A stretch of 64,000 nt of DNA from a virus (lineage: Duplodnaviria; Caudoviricetes). The DNA is taken from the IMG/VR virus record IMGVR_UViG_3300037067_012588. One strand, written 5' to 3'. Positions 46,662-56,145 of this stretch are shown here, piece after piece. Under the pieces are notes generated by a model. It searched no databases. It worked only from the letters and a program-made list of their open reading frames with translations, and was not told the DNA's origin. The first letter of the stretch is position 1, and every line of letters begins with the position of its first letter. Both the position numbers and the translations under genes were made by a program.

Positions 46662-47132
46662 TCATTTCATCCATTTCAAAATAGGAATACCAGCCTCACC
46701 CAACATCGAAATCGAAATATCCATGTCCTCTTTCCACCTCTGCATACGTTCTGGATCAAACCATGGATTATCAGGGCTGTAATCTATCACAACCTTTGAT
46801 ATGCCTGCACCAATGATTCCACGAGCACAATCTGTACAAGGATACCACGGCACATATAACGTACAACCCTTCAACGAAACTCCCATACGAGCTGCATTAT
46901 AAATAGCATTGCGCTCTGCATGTTCGACAAACTTATATTTCAGCGGACGAACCAAACGCTCAGAAACATCATCATTGATACCACGAGGGAAACTATTGTA
47001 TCCAGTCGAACGAATCTCATTGTCTGGACCAACAATAACACACCCGACCTTAGTATCAGGGTCTTTCGATTTCGATGCGATAATTGGAAGCATCGACATG
47101 AAATAGCTTGCCCAAGATATTTTCTCAGTCAC
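46662..47132 (-). CDS. dCMP deaminase
   Basis: SKDP.TKVG, TGYN, HAERNA, PCTDC. Confidence 0.9.
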   Translation of the reverse strand: MTEKISWASYFMSMLPIIASKSKDPDTKVGCVIVGPDNEIRSTGYNSFPRGINDDVSERLVRPLKYKFVEHAERNAIYNAARMGVSLKGCTLYVPWYPCTDCARGIIGAGISKVVIDYSPDNPWFDPERMQRWKEDMDISISMLGEAGIPILKWMK

Positions 47133-47464
47133 TTGTTTTTCCTCGCTTTGTATTCTGCCATAATACGATCATATTCAGCACGCAGTTTTTCATCAAATCC
47201 ATCCGTCTTTGCTTCTTCGGGAGGAATATTCGAATTGAGAAGTGTCCATTGAATACTTGCAATATACTTCGTGTGCATATCAAAACCATGACAAGTAGTT
47301 GCTGGCAGAGCCGCACACTCTTCCTGAGTATTCCTGCATTCAATGGTGCAATAATCAATTCCCTCTTTGTTGTTGTTGTGGTATATCACCCAAGGCAAAG
47401 CCCCGCACCATTTGCATGGCACGAGGTCGCCTGTCGATTGCTTCTCTTCTTTTTCTCCAAACAT
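47129..47464 (-). CDS. Lar-like restriction-alleviation Zn protein
   Basis: LVPCKWCG...IEC....C...IQW. Confidence 0.5.
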   Translation of the reverse strand: MFGEKEEKQSTGDLVPCKWCGALPWVIYHNNNKEGIDYCTIECRNTQEECAALPATTCHGFDMHTKYIASIQWTLLNSNIPPEEAKTDGFDEKLRAEYDRIMAEYKARKNK

Positions 47465-47528
47465 GCGGACTCCTCACTTTTTGTTTCAATATACCAGTGG
47501 ACTTTCATCCACTGGAACAGTACAGCCC

Positions 47529-48089
47529 TCACTTCTTGAATGTTTTTGCCAATCCTGACTTCAACAACTCCTCTCCAAGATTATACGCCTTATCCCCATC
47601 AATCCATAAAACATATCCAAGAGAACGACCAAAAGAATCGTTCTTTCCACTTGAAGCAAAATAGAGGACGTTCTTCTGAGTGGCAGCCAAAGTGAATTCC
47701 TTCGCCTTTTTTGCGTTTGTGATCTCAATAGACTTCTCGGCATCCGTACCTTCATGGGGATGCAGCTCAGGGGTATCTACCCCAAGCAAGCGAATACGCT
47801 TTGTGATGGTAATGTCATTCCAAACCTCAATCTCTATGTCCATCGTATCACCATCAACAACACCTATCAGGTTTACAGGATAGACAGAGACCCCAGACGC
47901 CTTGAACAGCTTCAGGCGACTCGTGGCGTTCTCGATTTGATCTTTGGCGATGTTGCCATTGAGCTCGGCAATATATTCCCTATCCTTGGAGATTTTCTCG
48001 AAGGCATCGTTCGACCGAGAATCATAATACATGCCAGAAACAAAACCAAAAACAGCAACAGCAAAAAGAGCCACAACGTTACGCATCAT
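47529..48089 (-). CDS. thermonuclease (SNase-like) with N-terminal signal/anchor
   Basis: VVDGDT, IRLLGVDTPE, DSFGRSLG, LLKSGLA. Confidence 0.9.
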   Translation of the reverse strand: MMRNVVALFAVAVFGFVSGMYYDSRSNDAFEKISKDREYIAELNGNIAKDQIENATSRLKLFKASGVSVYPVNLIGVVDGDTMDIEIEVWNDITITKRIRLLGVDTPELHPHEGTDAEKSIEITNAKKAKEFTLAATQKNVLYFASSGKNDSFGRSLGYVLWIDGDKAYNLGEELLKSGLAKTFKK

Positions 48090-48110
48090 ATTTCTCCTTG
48101 TATGGTACAA

Positions 48111-48165
48111 TAAAAAAATCCACTTCTAGAAATTGGCTTTAACCAATCGAACCCAGTAGAAGTGG
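48111..48165 (-). terminator. intrinsic terminator-like hairpin
   Basis: CCACTTCTA/TAGAAGTGG stem followed by T7 on minus strand. Confidence 0.6.
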
Positions 48166-48253
48166 CAAGAACTGGAACCCATTTACAGAACTTATTTAAC
48201 GTCGGATACCAAGGAAGGCTCGGGCGAACTCTTGGCCCCTGACCGACAAACAC

Positions 48254-48281
48254 GTTTTACACAGAAACACTCCTTCGTCAA
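48254..48281 (-). promoter_or_regulatory. sigma70-like promoter
   Basis: TTGACG-16-TAAAAC. Confidence 0.5.
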
Positions 48282-48290
48282 GGGAATATC

Positions 48291-48647
48291 TTAGCGCAAA
48301 CAGGCATCGTATTCCAACGAAATCATAGCCTCAACCTCTTCACAGATTTCTTTTGTGGCAACGTAATTCTTGGCTCCATCAAGCTTCAATGTCACTGATT
48401 CGTAACTGGAAAACTTCCACCTTCCGCTACGAACAACAATCGTCCCAGCGCCCTGCACAAGCGGAATCTCTTCTTTCGTCACCATGTCCGAATGGTCAAG
48501 ACGAAAGTTTTCTGACATACTTGCGATCCGATAACCGCCACCTATCTTGACAAACTTGATGTCGTCAATGAGGTTGCCACTGTTAATCTCTTCCATCGTA
48601 ATCGGCTTGAACATCGTATTCTCCAAAATCAGATAATGCTCTCGCAT
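48291..48647 (-). CDS. hypothetical protein
   Basis: ORF in gene chain. Confidence 0.65.
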   Translation of the reverse strand: MREHYLILENTMFKPITMEEINSGNLIDDIKFVKIGGGYRIASMSENFRLDHSDMVTKEEIPLVQGAGTIVVRSGRWKFSSYESVTLKLDGAKNYVATKEICEEVEAMISLEYDACLR

Positions 48648-49081
48648 TGCTTGAAAGAAACACCCTCGTATTCGTAACTAGCCCGACTCATGATAATGCA
48701 AACAGCGTAATCGCTCTCCGCCGCCAACGCCTCTTCAACCTCGCTGATAAACTCATTTTGTCGCTGAGTATAACGAACCAAGTTTTCGTATTCCTCCCAC
48801 TCCCCCAACGCTGCCTTCAGAAGAGCTCCACTGAGAAGCTTTTCGGCATCTTCTTTCGACATCTGCGGCTTTCGAATATCTTCTATCTTCTGTGGCTCCT
48901 TTTCCCACCACACGCCATGCCGCTCACGGAGAAGCTTCCGACAAGCGCAGCCAGCCTCGGCAATTGTATTTGCGAGGAAATACCTGTCGCCGTGTTTTTC
49001 ATGGACAACCATAATCGTTCCCGGAGAGAAAGTCCTCTCGGCACGCTTGATCGATTGGGCAATCCACTCTTCCCTTGACAT
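48629..49081 (-). CDS. hypothetical protein
   Basis: EKHGDRYF...YEYEG motifs. Confidence 0.7.
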   Translation of the reverse strand: MSREEWIAQSIKRAERTFSPGTIMVVHEKHGDRYFLANTIAEAGCACRKLLRERHGVWWEKEPQKIEDIRKPQMSKEDAEKLLSGALLKAALGEWEEYENLVRYTQRQNEFISEVEEALAAESDYAVCIIMSRASYEYEGVSFKQCESII

Positions 49082-49083
49082 GG

Positions 49084-49404
49084 TTAATCCCTTCCAAGAT
49101 ACAGATTGAGATTCGAAACCAACTTCTCGACAACATCTGGGTCAAGGAAAATCTTGTTGGTCTCCTTAATCCCATTGTCGGTATAGACAACCACAACTCC
49201 GTCTTCAATCTTCACATAGACACTGTCACCAAGGTAGACTTTTTCAAACTCGACCTCCTGACAGTTCTTCGTGTGCCACCACATATCCAATGTCTTTACA
49301 CCACCATCCTCGAAAGGAAAGTCACCACGAACCATGACCTCAAGTCCTTTCGACTGAACGACATCGTACCACTTGTCGCCCCGCCTGACACGCTTTATCG
49401 CCAT
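49084..49404 (-). CDS. hypothetical protein
   Basis: YLGDSVY...TDNG...I.LDP motif, GAGGAG RBS. Confidence 0.7.
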   Translation of the reverse strand: MAIKRVRRGDKWYDVVQSKGLEVMVRGDFPFEDGGVKTLDMWWHTKNCQEVEFEKVYLGDSVYVKIEDGVVVVYTDNGIKETNKIFLDPDVVEKLVSNLNLYLGRD

Positions 49405-49408
49405 GATT

Positions 49409-49594
49409 TTACTCCTCAGCATCAACCCTGAACACAGAAAGATTGTCTTTGTCTGGGCTGCCATCGACATACGCATTTGCCTTGCAATATGCCTCAAACC
49501 CCTCTCCAGTACCAACAAACACCTTTACCGGAACAGAGTCTCCATTGTTTTTCCTTTTCCTGACCACAACATATACAACACTTGGAACAGCCAT
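49409..49594 (-). CDS. hypothetical protein
   Basis: ORF in gene chain. Confidence 0.55.
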   Translation of the reverse strand: MAVPSVVYVVVRKRKNNGDSVPVKVFVGTGEGFEAYCKANAYVDGSPDKDNLSVFRVDAEE

Positions 49595-49598
49595 GACC

Positions 49599-49898
49599 CT
49601 AACCCTTTCCGATAAACTTCCCGAGGTCAATGCTTGTTTGTTCACTTTCACACTCACCGTCCTTATAAACGGGAGCAATCTCCACCGTCATCCGAATGTC
49701 GCTTCCGCATTCGGCATAGCCCGTCCAGTGGTCTTCGGTAGTGATTTCTGCGTTGTACTTTTCAAGAAGAGCATGAAGGTCAGCAAGGAACGCTTGCTTG
49801 ATTTCATCCTTCGTAACCATTCTTGGCGTTATGCCAAGAACAGCCTTGTCTGTATCATTGAGGATTTTTTGACGAAGAATATCCAAAACAGACATCAC
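49599..49898 (-). CDS. hypothetical protein
   Basis: GAGGAGG RBS. Confidence 0.65.
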   Translation of the reverse strand: MMSVLDILRQKILNDTDKAVLGITPRMVTKDEIKQAFLADLHALLEKYNAEITTEDHWTGYAECGSDIRMTVEIAPVYKDGECESEQTSIDLGKFIGKG

Positions 49899-50089
49899 TC
49901 ACCTCCTCTTGACGAAAATGTCGTCGTCACACACATCGACACGATATAGGTTTTCCCGCAGCTATGGCATTCACACTCCCACTCATCGCTGTCGTTCTTC
50001 GGCTCCAAGCCGTCCCACCAGTCATGGTCCTCTTCGCCGCAGTGCGGACAAACAGGAACATCTGTATTGTCTGTTTCATGTTCGGTCAT
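49895..50089 (-). CDS. Zn-ribbon protein
   Basis: CPHCG...CHSCG. Confidence 0.7.
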   Translation of the reverse strand: MTEHETDNTDVPVCPHCGEEDHDWWDGLEPKNDSDEWECECHSCGKTYIVSMCVTTTFSSRGGE

Positions 50090-50364
50090 TTTTCAGCTCC
50101 GCTTCTGGACAACTTCCGCCCACACATGGGACAATACGATATCTCAATCTTGTCGCCATGATCCAAGCAATCAGAATCACTCGCCTCAACAAACCGCAAG
50201 AACCCACGGTCAATGAAAACCTCAAACCTGTCCATGTTGTCCTCTGCCTCTTTGAGGTTTATCTTTGTGTCATTACAACCCCATCCCCAAGAGGACGGAG
50301 ATATTCTCTCCATGCCAAAGATGGTCTTGTTGTTCTGGCAGTATTCACAAGGCTTTTCACTCAT
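50086..50364 (-). CDS. Zn-finger protein
   Basis: CEYC...ISYCPMCGRKL. Confidence 0.7.
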   Translation of the reverse strand: MSEKPCEYCQNNKTIFGMERISPSSWGWGCNDTKINLKEAEDNMDRFEVFIDRGFLRFVEASDSDCLDHGDKIEISYCPMCGRKLSRSGAEK

Positions 50365-50368
50365 CACC

Positions 50369-50821
50369 TCAGTGGTTGTCGTTGTCGAGATGGATAACAG
50401 AGTCTGGCGAGAACAGGAACGCATCCAGCATTGTACGGCTATCGAAAATCTCCATATTGTTGGGACACGAAGACTGATGGTCGATATACCCATGACGCTT
50501 TTCAGAATGTTCATTCCAACCAAGTGTCAAAACGTTTGTGAACTCCTTGATGTTTGTGTGTTCCGAAATGCTGTCACGAAACATCTCCATCGCAAACGAT
50601 ATTCCCTGTTTCTCAGACAACATCGCCTGAAGTAGGGCGAAATTGAGACGGCTGTAAACATCATGAATATCGGATGGTCCCCATCCGAACTCACATTCAC
50701 CTTCGCTTCCAAGCTGATAATCGTGTGGATCATCAACCTCAAGACGAACGATAGGCGTCATCCCGATAACGACAAACGACGAGCTACTGCTATTACTTAC
50801 AAAACCATGACGATTCTTCAT
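50369..50821 (-). CDS. conserved phage protein (FVSNSSSSSF family)
   Basis: MK.R.GFVSNSSSSSF, GYIDHQS. Confidence 0.8.
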   Translation of the reverse strand: MKNRHGFVSNSSSSSFVVIGMTPIVRLEVDDPHDYQLGSEGECEFGWGPSDIHDVYSRLNFALLQAMLSEKQGISFAMEMFRDSISEHTNIKEFTNVLTLGWNEHSEKRHGYIDHQSSCPNNMEIFDSRTMLDAFLFSPDSVIHLDNDNH

Positions 50822-50986
50822 CCTAAGTTCCTTCGAAAAAACGGTTCTTTACCATTTCGGTAATCATTTTACCAAGCTCTTCAGCAATGTCGTTCAGTTC
50901 TTCTTTTGAATATTTCCGACTCCATGTTCCAAACAAAAGAAAGCACCAATTATTTATCAGGAATATTGGAGACTTTTCATCATCTC

Positions 50987-51190
50987 TCATTTGCTGCCCT
51001 TTACCTTGTTCCTGTAATGTGCCCTCAAAGAAAGGTCAGGACAAACGTTGTCAACTTCACGCATGAACTGGATGAAGTCGTTTTTCGGATCAATGCCGTT
51101 CTCTTTGACATACGCCCGATATGCGGCGATAGTCTCTTCCTTGTTTTTGCCAGTACAGGCGAAATTCTTAATCACCGAAAAGACGTCCAT
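50987..51190 (-). CDS. hypothetical protein
   Basis: AAGGAG RBS. Confidence 0.6.
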   Translation of the reverse strand: MDVFSVIKNFACTGKNKEETIAAYRAYVKENGIDPKNDFIQFMREVDNVCPDLSLRAHYRNKVKGSK

Positions 51191-51229
51191 TGGTCTTACT
51201 CCTTCTCTACCACAGAAAAAAATACCAAC

Positions 51230-51436
51230 TCAGGCAAGAACGCCTTCATTGGTGAGAGCCACAACAAGAGCAATACCCTTGGTGCGAGCACGGGTCTTGG
51301 TGGGGATGCGTTCGCCAAGGGCGAGGCAGCGGGAGAGCTGGAAGCGGTACTTGCTTCCATCGACACACATGCGCCAGCCTCCGTCGATAGCAACAGTGCG
51401 GGGACCTTTGGTGCGTTTGCTGTTGTAGGCCTTCAT
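51230..51436 (-). CDS. hypothetical basic protein
   Basis: AAGGAG RBS after promoter repeat. Confidence 0.6.
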   Translation of the reverse strand: MKAYNSKRTKGPRTVAIDGGWRMCVDGSKYRFQLSRCLALGERIPTKTRARTKGIALVVALTNEGVLA

Positions 51437-51468
51437 CTCTATTCTCCTTTTGGTTGTTCTTCGTTTTT

Positions 51469-51508
51469 CACAAAAGAACATCGTCCAGAAGGAGGAATTT
51501 TGGGAACA
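51469..51508 (-). promoter_or_regulatory. GGACGAT promoter-like repeat, copy 10
   Basis: GGACGATGTTCTTTTGTG core. Confidence 0.65.
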
Positions 51509-51707
51509 ATTATCAAAAACCTTACAGAATCCCCATGCCCTTCAGTATGGACTCAAGACCAACAGCAATCGCACCAAGGATAAACAAAATGGGAATTATC
51601 GCACTACACCCAACCTTGTCACTAGCATCGCCATAATCACCATGAAATTTCCAGCTCATCGAAATCTCTCCTTAGTCAGCTCGTACACCTCACAAATAAC
51701 CGTATTG

Positions 51708-51738
51708 GCCCTTGTCTGTTTTTCAGGCAGACAAGGGC
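51708..51738. other. 11-bp stem-loop downstream of nadV
   Basis: GCCCTTGTCTG/CAGACAAGGGC; no U-tract. Confidence 0.6.
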
Positions 51739-51747
51739 TAAACCCAA

Positions 51748-53142
51748 TCAAAGACGAGCGTTATGACGAACCTGATCGAAGTTATAACATGTGACGATTT
51801 TTCCGTCTTCAAACACGGTAACAAGATCATCCTTACGACCGTTCAACTCGCTTGCCAATATGGTCTTATAAACACCATCCTCTTTTACAAGAGCCATACG
51901 ACCCTTCTTGCTTGTCTTCGTCTTGTCAACAGGGTCCTTGAAAATGTCATACCACTTCCCATCACGGCACTGTGCGCAGCTTTTGAACGCAAACCGTTGA
52001 GTGTCACGGTTCACCTTCTGGAGGAGTCCGCCGCCCATGCCGAAGCAAGCAATATTTTCAATACTCCATCCAGCGTTTTTCATCGCAAACATGATATCAT
52101 AAATCATGTCGAAATTCAAACCATCGCCCCACAAGAGACGAATCTTCGGATTCAAAGTTTTGAATCCCTTACTGTTAACGATGAATCCGAACTTTGCCCC
52201 AAGAATATCAAGACACCTCAATACCGTGCTGACGGGGTCTCCGCTATCAGGGCGAACCACAAACACGCCATCACGAGCAAGAATTTCTTCACGCAACACG
52301 CCGCCAATAATATTCTCGCAATAATTGAAGATGTCATAGCTATCTCCAACATCGCTCAAGATACCCCTCGGGAACTTCTTGAGAAGCTGACGGACAATAT
52401 CAACCTCACCATCCTTGCCAAGAGCCGTTTTTACGCTGTGTTCGCTCGCAGGTACACTGAACCCGCAAACGTCTGCCCCGTAATAATACTCAGCATACTC
52501 AATTCCACGAATGGTATCTGTTCCGTTGAAGTTAATCAGGTGAGCCATGCCGCCCAATCCCGCACTCTCAACACTGCTGACGCCACGATACCCGAAATCA
52601 TGAAGCATCCACGGCAAACCAGCGTCACTGTCAGCCGTCTCATGAAGGAATCGCTGGATTTGTTCCTTGACCTTGCGACTCAACGTTGCGACCGTGCTTG
52701 TATACCAAACGTGTGTGAGAATGGTTTCGAGATAATTCGTCAACGGAGCACACTTCGGATCGGTATTCACAACTGTCATCAGGATGTTGCTGTTTGGAAC
52801 GACTGTCCCTTCAGGAACCGCACGAATACGAACTGGCAAACAACCATCGTGATTCTTCAGAATGTGCTCCCACATGTCCCGATTGAACATCGTATCATCG
52901 CCGTTGAAATACTTCTTATAGAACTCGGCAGCATGCTCAATCTTTCCACGGGTAACAACCTGACCCACGAAGTATTGCGTGAGAATCGGCTGCAATCCAG
53001 CAAAGACAGTATAGCTGTATTTCGCACCATTCCTTGCCTCGAAATAGCTTTCAAGGTATTCTGTGCCCTCTGGAAGCATCTTCCAGTGGCCGGGCTTGTA
53101 ACCATCGGTTCCCAAAATCACATTGAACGGTGGAATAATCAT
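51748..53142 (-). CDS. nadV: nicotinamide phosphoribosyltransferase
   Basis: TDGYK..H, LHDFGYRG, PASEHS, VRPDSGDP, FGMGGGLLQK. Confidence 0.95.
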   Translation of the reverse strand: MIIPPFNVILGTDGYKPGHWKMLPEGTEYLESYFEARNGAKYSYTVFAGLQPILTQYFVGQVVTRGKIEHAAEFYKKYFNGDDTMFNRDMWEHILKNHDGCLPVRIRAVPEGTVVPNSNILMTVVNTDPKCAPLTNYLETILTHVWYTSTVATLSRKVKEQIQRFLHETADSDAGLPWMLHDFGYRGVSSVESAGLGGMAHLINFNGTDTIRGIEYAEYYYGADVCGFSVPASEHSVKTALGKDGEVDIVRQLLKKFPRGILSDVGDSYDIFNYCENIIGGVLREEILARDGVFVVRPDSGDPVSTVLRCLDILGAKFGFIVNSKGFKTLNPKIRLLWGDGLNFDMIYDIMFAMKNAGWSIENIACFGMGGGLLQKVNRDTQRFAFKSCAQCRDGKWYDIFKDPVDKTKTSKKGRMALVKEDGVYKTILASELNGRKDDLVTVFEDGKIVTCYNFDQVRHNARL

Positions 53143-53179
53143 TGTGTTCTCCTTTGGGGGTAACTTTTAACCCCCTTTG

Positions 53180-54001
53180 TCACTTCCATCCAAGCTTCGA
53201 ACGAACGAGTCCATACTCGTCTTCGTCTCCACGATACATCATCACACATTTTCCAGAAAGCGAAATTGTCAAAACATCTGGATCAAGAACCTCTTCATAT
53301 CCATCGTAACATAACTGAAACGATTGCCTGCTTTCGGCATCCAAACTCACATTTATCTCGTCGTCCTTCGACAACACAATCGGTCTGTTCGACAACTGAT
53401 GCGGACAAATAGGAACCAAAACCATGCCTTGAACATTTGGCGACATAATCGGTCCACCTGCCGACAAGGCATATGCTGTTGAACCTGTTGGCGTACTGAT
53501 TATAACGCCATCACCAGCAATCGTGGAAAGATGTTTTCCGTTTATCCCGACGACAACCTTCACGATGTTTCCTACTCGCTTCGGGGCACAAATGAACTCG
53601 TTCAGAGCGTAAAACTCACGAGTCTTGAAGCCAATGACAGTTTCAACGCACTTCAATAGCCAACGTTTTTGGAACTTTGCCTTACCTGACAGTATCGAAT
53701 GAAAGGCTTCGTAAAACCCTTCCTTGCTTGTCCCAGTCATATAACCAAGGTGTCCAACGTTGACATTCAACATCTTGTGCTGACGTCGATACCCAAGCCT
53801 ATGAACCGTATTGATTACCGTCCCGTCACCGCCAAGAACTATGACAAAGTCTTCATCATAGTTTCCATCTTTGGCAAGAACATCTTGCTTCGAAACAGAA
53901 ACTCTGCATTCGCACTTGCAAGTATCACAGAACGATTTAACAACCTCTGCGAACTGCAAAGCCTCTGGTTTGTTTTCGTTGGCGACGACAAGTATCTTCA
54001 C
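53180..54001 (-). CDS. nadK: NAD kinase
   Basis: GGDGT, G.LGYM, LNE, DG..ISTPTGSTAYALSAGG. Confidence 0.95.
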   Translation of the reverse strand: MKILVVANENKPEALQFAEVVKSFCDTCKCECRVSVSKQDVLAKDGNYDEDFVIVLGGDGTVINTVHRLGYRRQHKMLNVNVGHLGYMTGTSKEGFYEAFHSILSGKAKFQKRWLLKCVETVIGFKTREFYALNEFICAPKRVGNIVKVVVGINGKHLSTIAGDGVIISTPTGSTAYALSAGGPIMSPNVQGMVLVPICPHQLSNRPIVLSKDDEINVSLDAESRQSFQLCYDGYEEVLDPDVLTISLSGKCVMMYRGDEDEYGLVRSKLGWK

Positions 54002-54445
54002 TCAGATTCTCCCGAACTTGCGCTTCAAGATTTCCAATGCACGGTCAAGACTCGGGAAATGAGGATTCGGAATCTCTCCCCAAATGTCCACCCATTGCCA
54101 TCCTTCGCACTTATCAGGCTCAGTATTGACAGGCTCAACCTCTTCTGCACAACGAAAAACGACAAACGACGTAATGTAATGCTTCCCTGACTCTGGAAAC
54201 AACTCCGTCTCTGTCGTCAAAATTTCAGTGTCGTCAATGCTTGTATTACAAACATATTCAACATCAATACCTGTTTCCTCTTTCACCTCTCTTGCAGCCG
54301 CAACGCCAATCGTTTCCCACTTGTCAATGTGACCGCCTGGCATACCATACCATCCATCACCAACGCCAGTCCCAATCCTCTTGCCAAGGAGAAACTTGTT
54401 GCCATTCATGACGAACGCAGCAACACCAACACTGATGTCGCTCAT
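54002..54445 (-). CDS. Nudix hydrolase (MutT/NUDT15-like)
   Basis: PGGH....ET....A.REVKEETG, EPDKCEGW. Confidence 0.9.
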   Translation of the reverse strand: MSDISVGVAAFVMNGNKFLLGKRIGTGVGDGWYGMPGGHIDKWETIGVAAAREVKEETGIDVEYVCNTSIDDTEILTTETELFPESGKHYITSFVVFRCAEEVEPVNTEPDKCEGWQWVDIWGEIPNPHFPSLDRALEILKRKFGRI

Positions 54446-54579
54446 GTGTTCACCAATTCACTTTCGACAATGATGCTGAGCTGACCACACGCCGCACCAG
54501 CAGCAATCTCAGCCTGTGTTGCAACCGCAACAGCAAAATCATACCCAGCCGCTTCCAATTGCTTTTTAATGTCTTCCAT
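54442..54579 (-). CDS. 45-aa peptide matching the RlmN C-terminal segment (AACGQL)
   Basis: hand-translated MEDIKKQLEAAGYDFAVAVATQAEIAAGAACGQLSIIVESELVNT; AAGGAG RBS; ATGA overlap. Confidence 0.75.
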   Translation of the reverse strand: MEDIKKQLEAAGYDFAVAVATQAEIAAGAACGQLSIIVESELVNT

Positions 54580-54593
54580 GATACGTCTCCTTC

Positions 54594-55379
54594 TCAGACC
54601 AAATTGACTGCTTCAATAACACCCAAACCAAGACCATTTGCTTCCGACACATCGTTCGGATTGATGGGCGATAATTTGATGAAAAAATACTTTGGGTCGA
54701 AATACTTCTTCAACCTCTCGATATCAAAATCCTTTTCATCGACAAGGGTCAGATTCACCGTTGTCTTTAGATTGCTTTGCGTCCGAATCTGACCAAGCTC
54801 CTCAATACTCATTTTACCATCCATCGGAATCAATTCGTCACGCCTTTTTTCGTCCAAACTGTGCAACGAAACTTGAAGTGTGATATTGTCTTTGACCCAC
54901 GAGAAATCGGAACCCTTAATGCCGATTGTCGAAACATAATGATGCACACAACCAGGAAACAACTTGTCGATACGAGTGATTGCAAGACGGACATCCTCTA
55001 GGTTCAGAAAAGGCTCACCCATTCGGGTATAGTTTATCTTAAACTCCTTGGCGTCTTGAACTCGATACTCCGAGTTTTGCTTAATCACGAAAGCAACCTG
55101 CGAAATAATTTCGTTCGCAGTAAGATTGCGACACTTTGAAAGCGATCCAGTTGCGCAAAACTTGCATCCGACAGGACATCCGCTCATAGTCGACACGCCA
55201 ACCATAAACCTTTCCGACCTGCTTCCAAGATCAACATCTTTCATTTTGTTAGCTCTACCTACGCAGAACTTGGTATAATACGGCAAAAAAGTATCCGTCA
55301 CCTCAATCGGAAAGCCATCATTTGTCTTGATAGCGTATACCGTTCCGTTTTTGAATGTTTTGCTTCGAACGACTTGCAT
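54594..55379 (-). CDS. RlmN/Cfr-like radical SAM protein (C-terminal segment split off)
   Basis: CPVGCKFC, RNLT..EI..QV, MGEP, SLHS...R.ELIP, INPN. Confidence 0.85.
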   Translation of the reverse strand: MQVVRSKTFKNGTVYAIKTNDGFPIEVTDTFLPYYTKFCVGRANKMKDVDLGSRSERFMVGVSTMSGCPVGCKFCATGSLSKCRNLTANEIISQVAFVIKQNSEYRVQDAKEFKINYTRMGEPFLNLEDVRLAITRIDKLFPGCVHHYVSTIGIKGSDFSWVKDNITLQVSLHSLDEKRRDELIPMDGKMSIEELGQIRTQSNLKTTVNLTLVDEKDFDIERLKKYFDPKYFFIKLSPINPNDVSEANGLGLGVIEAVNLV

Positions 55380-55381
55380 CT

Positions 55382-55858
55382 TTACGCTCCATGATTCCTG
55401 TTTGTAACGAAGTCGATATATTTCCGACTTATGACAAAGTCGATGACAGTGCGAACAAGGACATCGTAAACGGGAGGATTGACATCTTCCATATCAAACC
55501 CAACCATGTCATACCAGCCCCACCCCTCACACTTGTTCGGCTCCATGTTCTTTGGCTCATCATCTCCCTGATAGTGAGCGAAAAGATAGATGGTTGCATA
55601 TTGAAGATTCTCAACAGGAAAAAACTCATCCCGTGCCGTCAGAATGACAGCGGACTCAACATCAAGCCCTGTCTCTTCCTTGACCTCACGGATAGCACAA
55701 TCAACCAGCGTCTCACCCTTCTCAAGGTGTCCACCCGGAAGCGAATACAAACCAGCCCCATGCGAACCCTTGCGCTTGCCGAGCAAGAAACGACGGCGAT
55801 TCTTGTTAAACACAAATACGTCGACCCCAACCATCGGCATGTCGGTTCTCTTTTTCAT
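55382..55858 (-). CDS. Nudix hydrolase (MutT/NUDT15-like)
   Basis: PGGHLEKGETLVDCAIREVKEETGL, EPNKCEGW. Confidence 0.9.
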   Translation of the reverse strand: MKKRTDMPMVGVDVFVFNKNRRRFLLGKRKGSHGAGLYSLPGGHLEKGETLVDCAIREVKEETGLDVESAVILTARDEFFPVENLQYATIYLFAHYQGDDEPKNMEPNKCEGWGWYDMVGFDMEDVNPPVYDVLVRTVIDFVISRKYIDFVTNRNHGA

Positions 55859-55864
55859 TGGAGC

Positions 55865-56098
55865 TTATCCTCCCGCTTTCATCCAATCGCCAATTCCGAG
55901 GTACTCCATTGCACAAGCACCGTGAAGGAGAACCAAAACAAAAATGACAACAGACGCTATTGCAAAAAGAAGCTGATCTCGTTGCCGAAGAAGATGTTCT
56001 CGTTTCTGTTCCTCTGTCGGAGCGGGGTAAAGACGACCACAAAACTCCGTCTCGTCGTCGTACTCTGCCAACCTTTGCCGTATCTCTTTTGCCTTCAC
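55865..56098 (-). CDS. small TM protein
   Basis: AAGGAG RBS, one TM. Confidence 0.6.
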   Translation of the reverse strand: MKAKEIRQRLAEYDDETEFCGRLYPAPTEEQKREHLLRQRDQLLFAIASVVIFVLVLLHGACAMEYLGIGDWMKAGG

Positions 56099-56145
56099 GG
56101 GTGTTCTCCTTTGTTCAACTATTCAACTACTCAACTGAAATTCAC

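Noticed and set aside
51763-53163. Long plus-strand ORFs (466 aa here; also 55355..56332, 56305..57123, 41153..41959 and others)
   Set aside because: Antisense shadows of well-supported minus-strand genes, with no recognisable motifs.
54580-54596. Stop-codon readthrough joining the radical SAM ORF to the AACGQL peptide
   Set aside because: The peptide ATG is 14 nt after the TGA, in a different frame.
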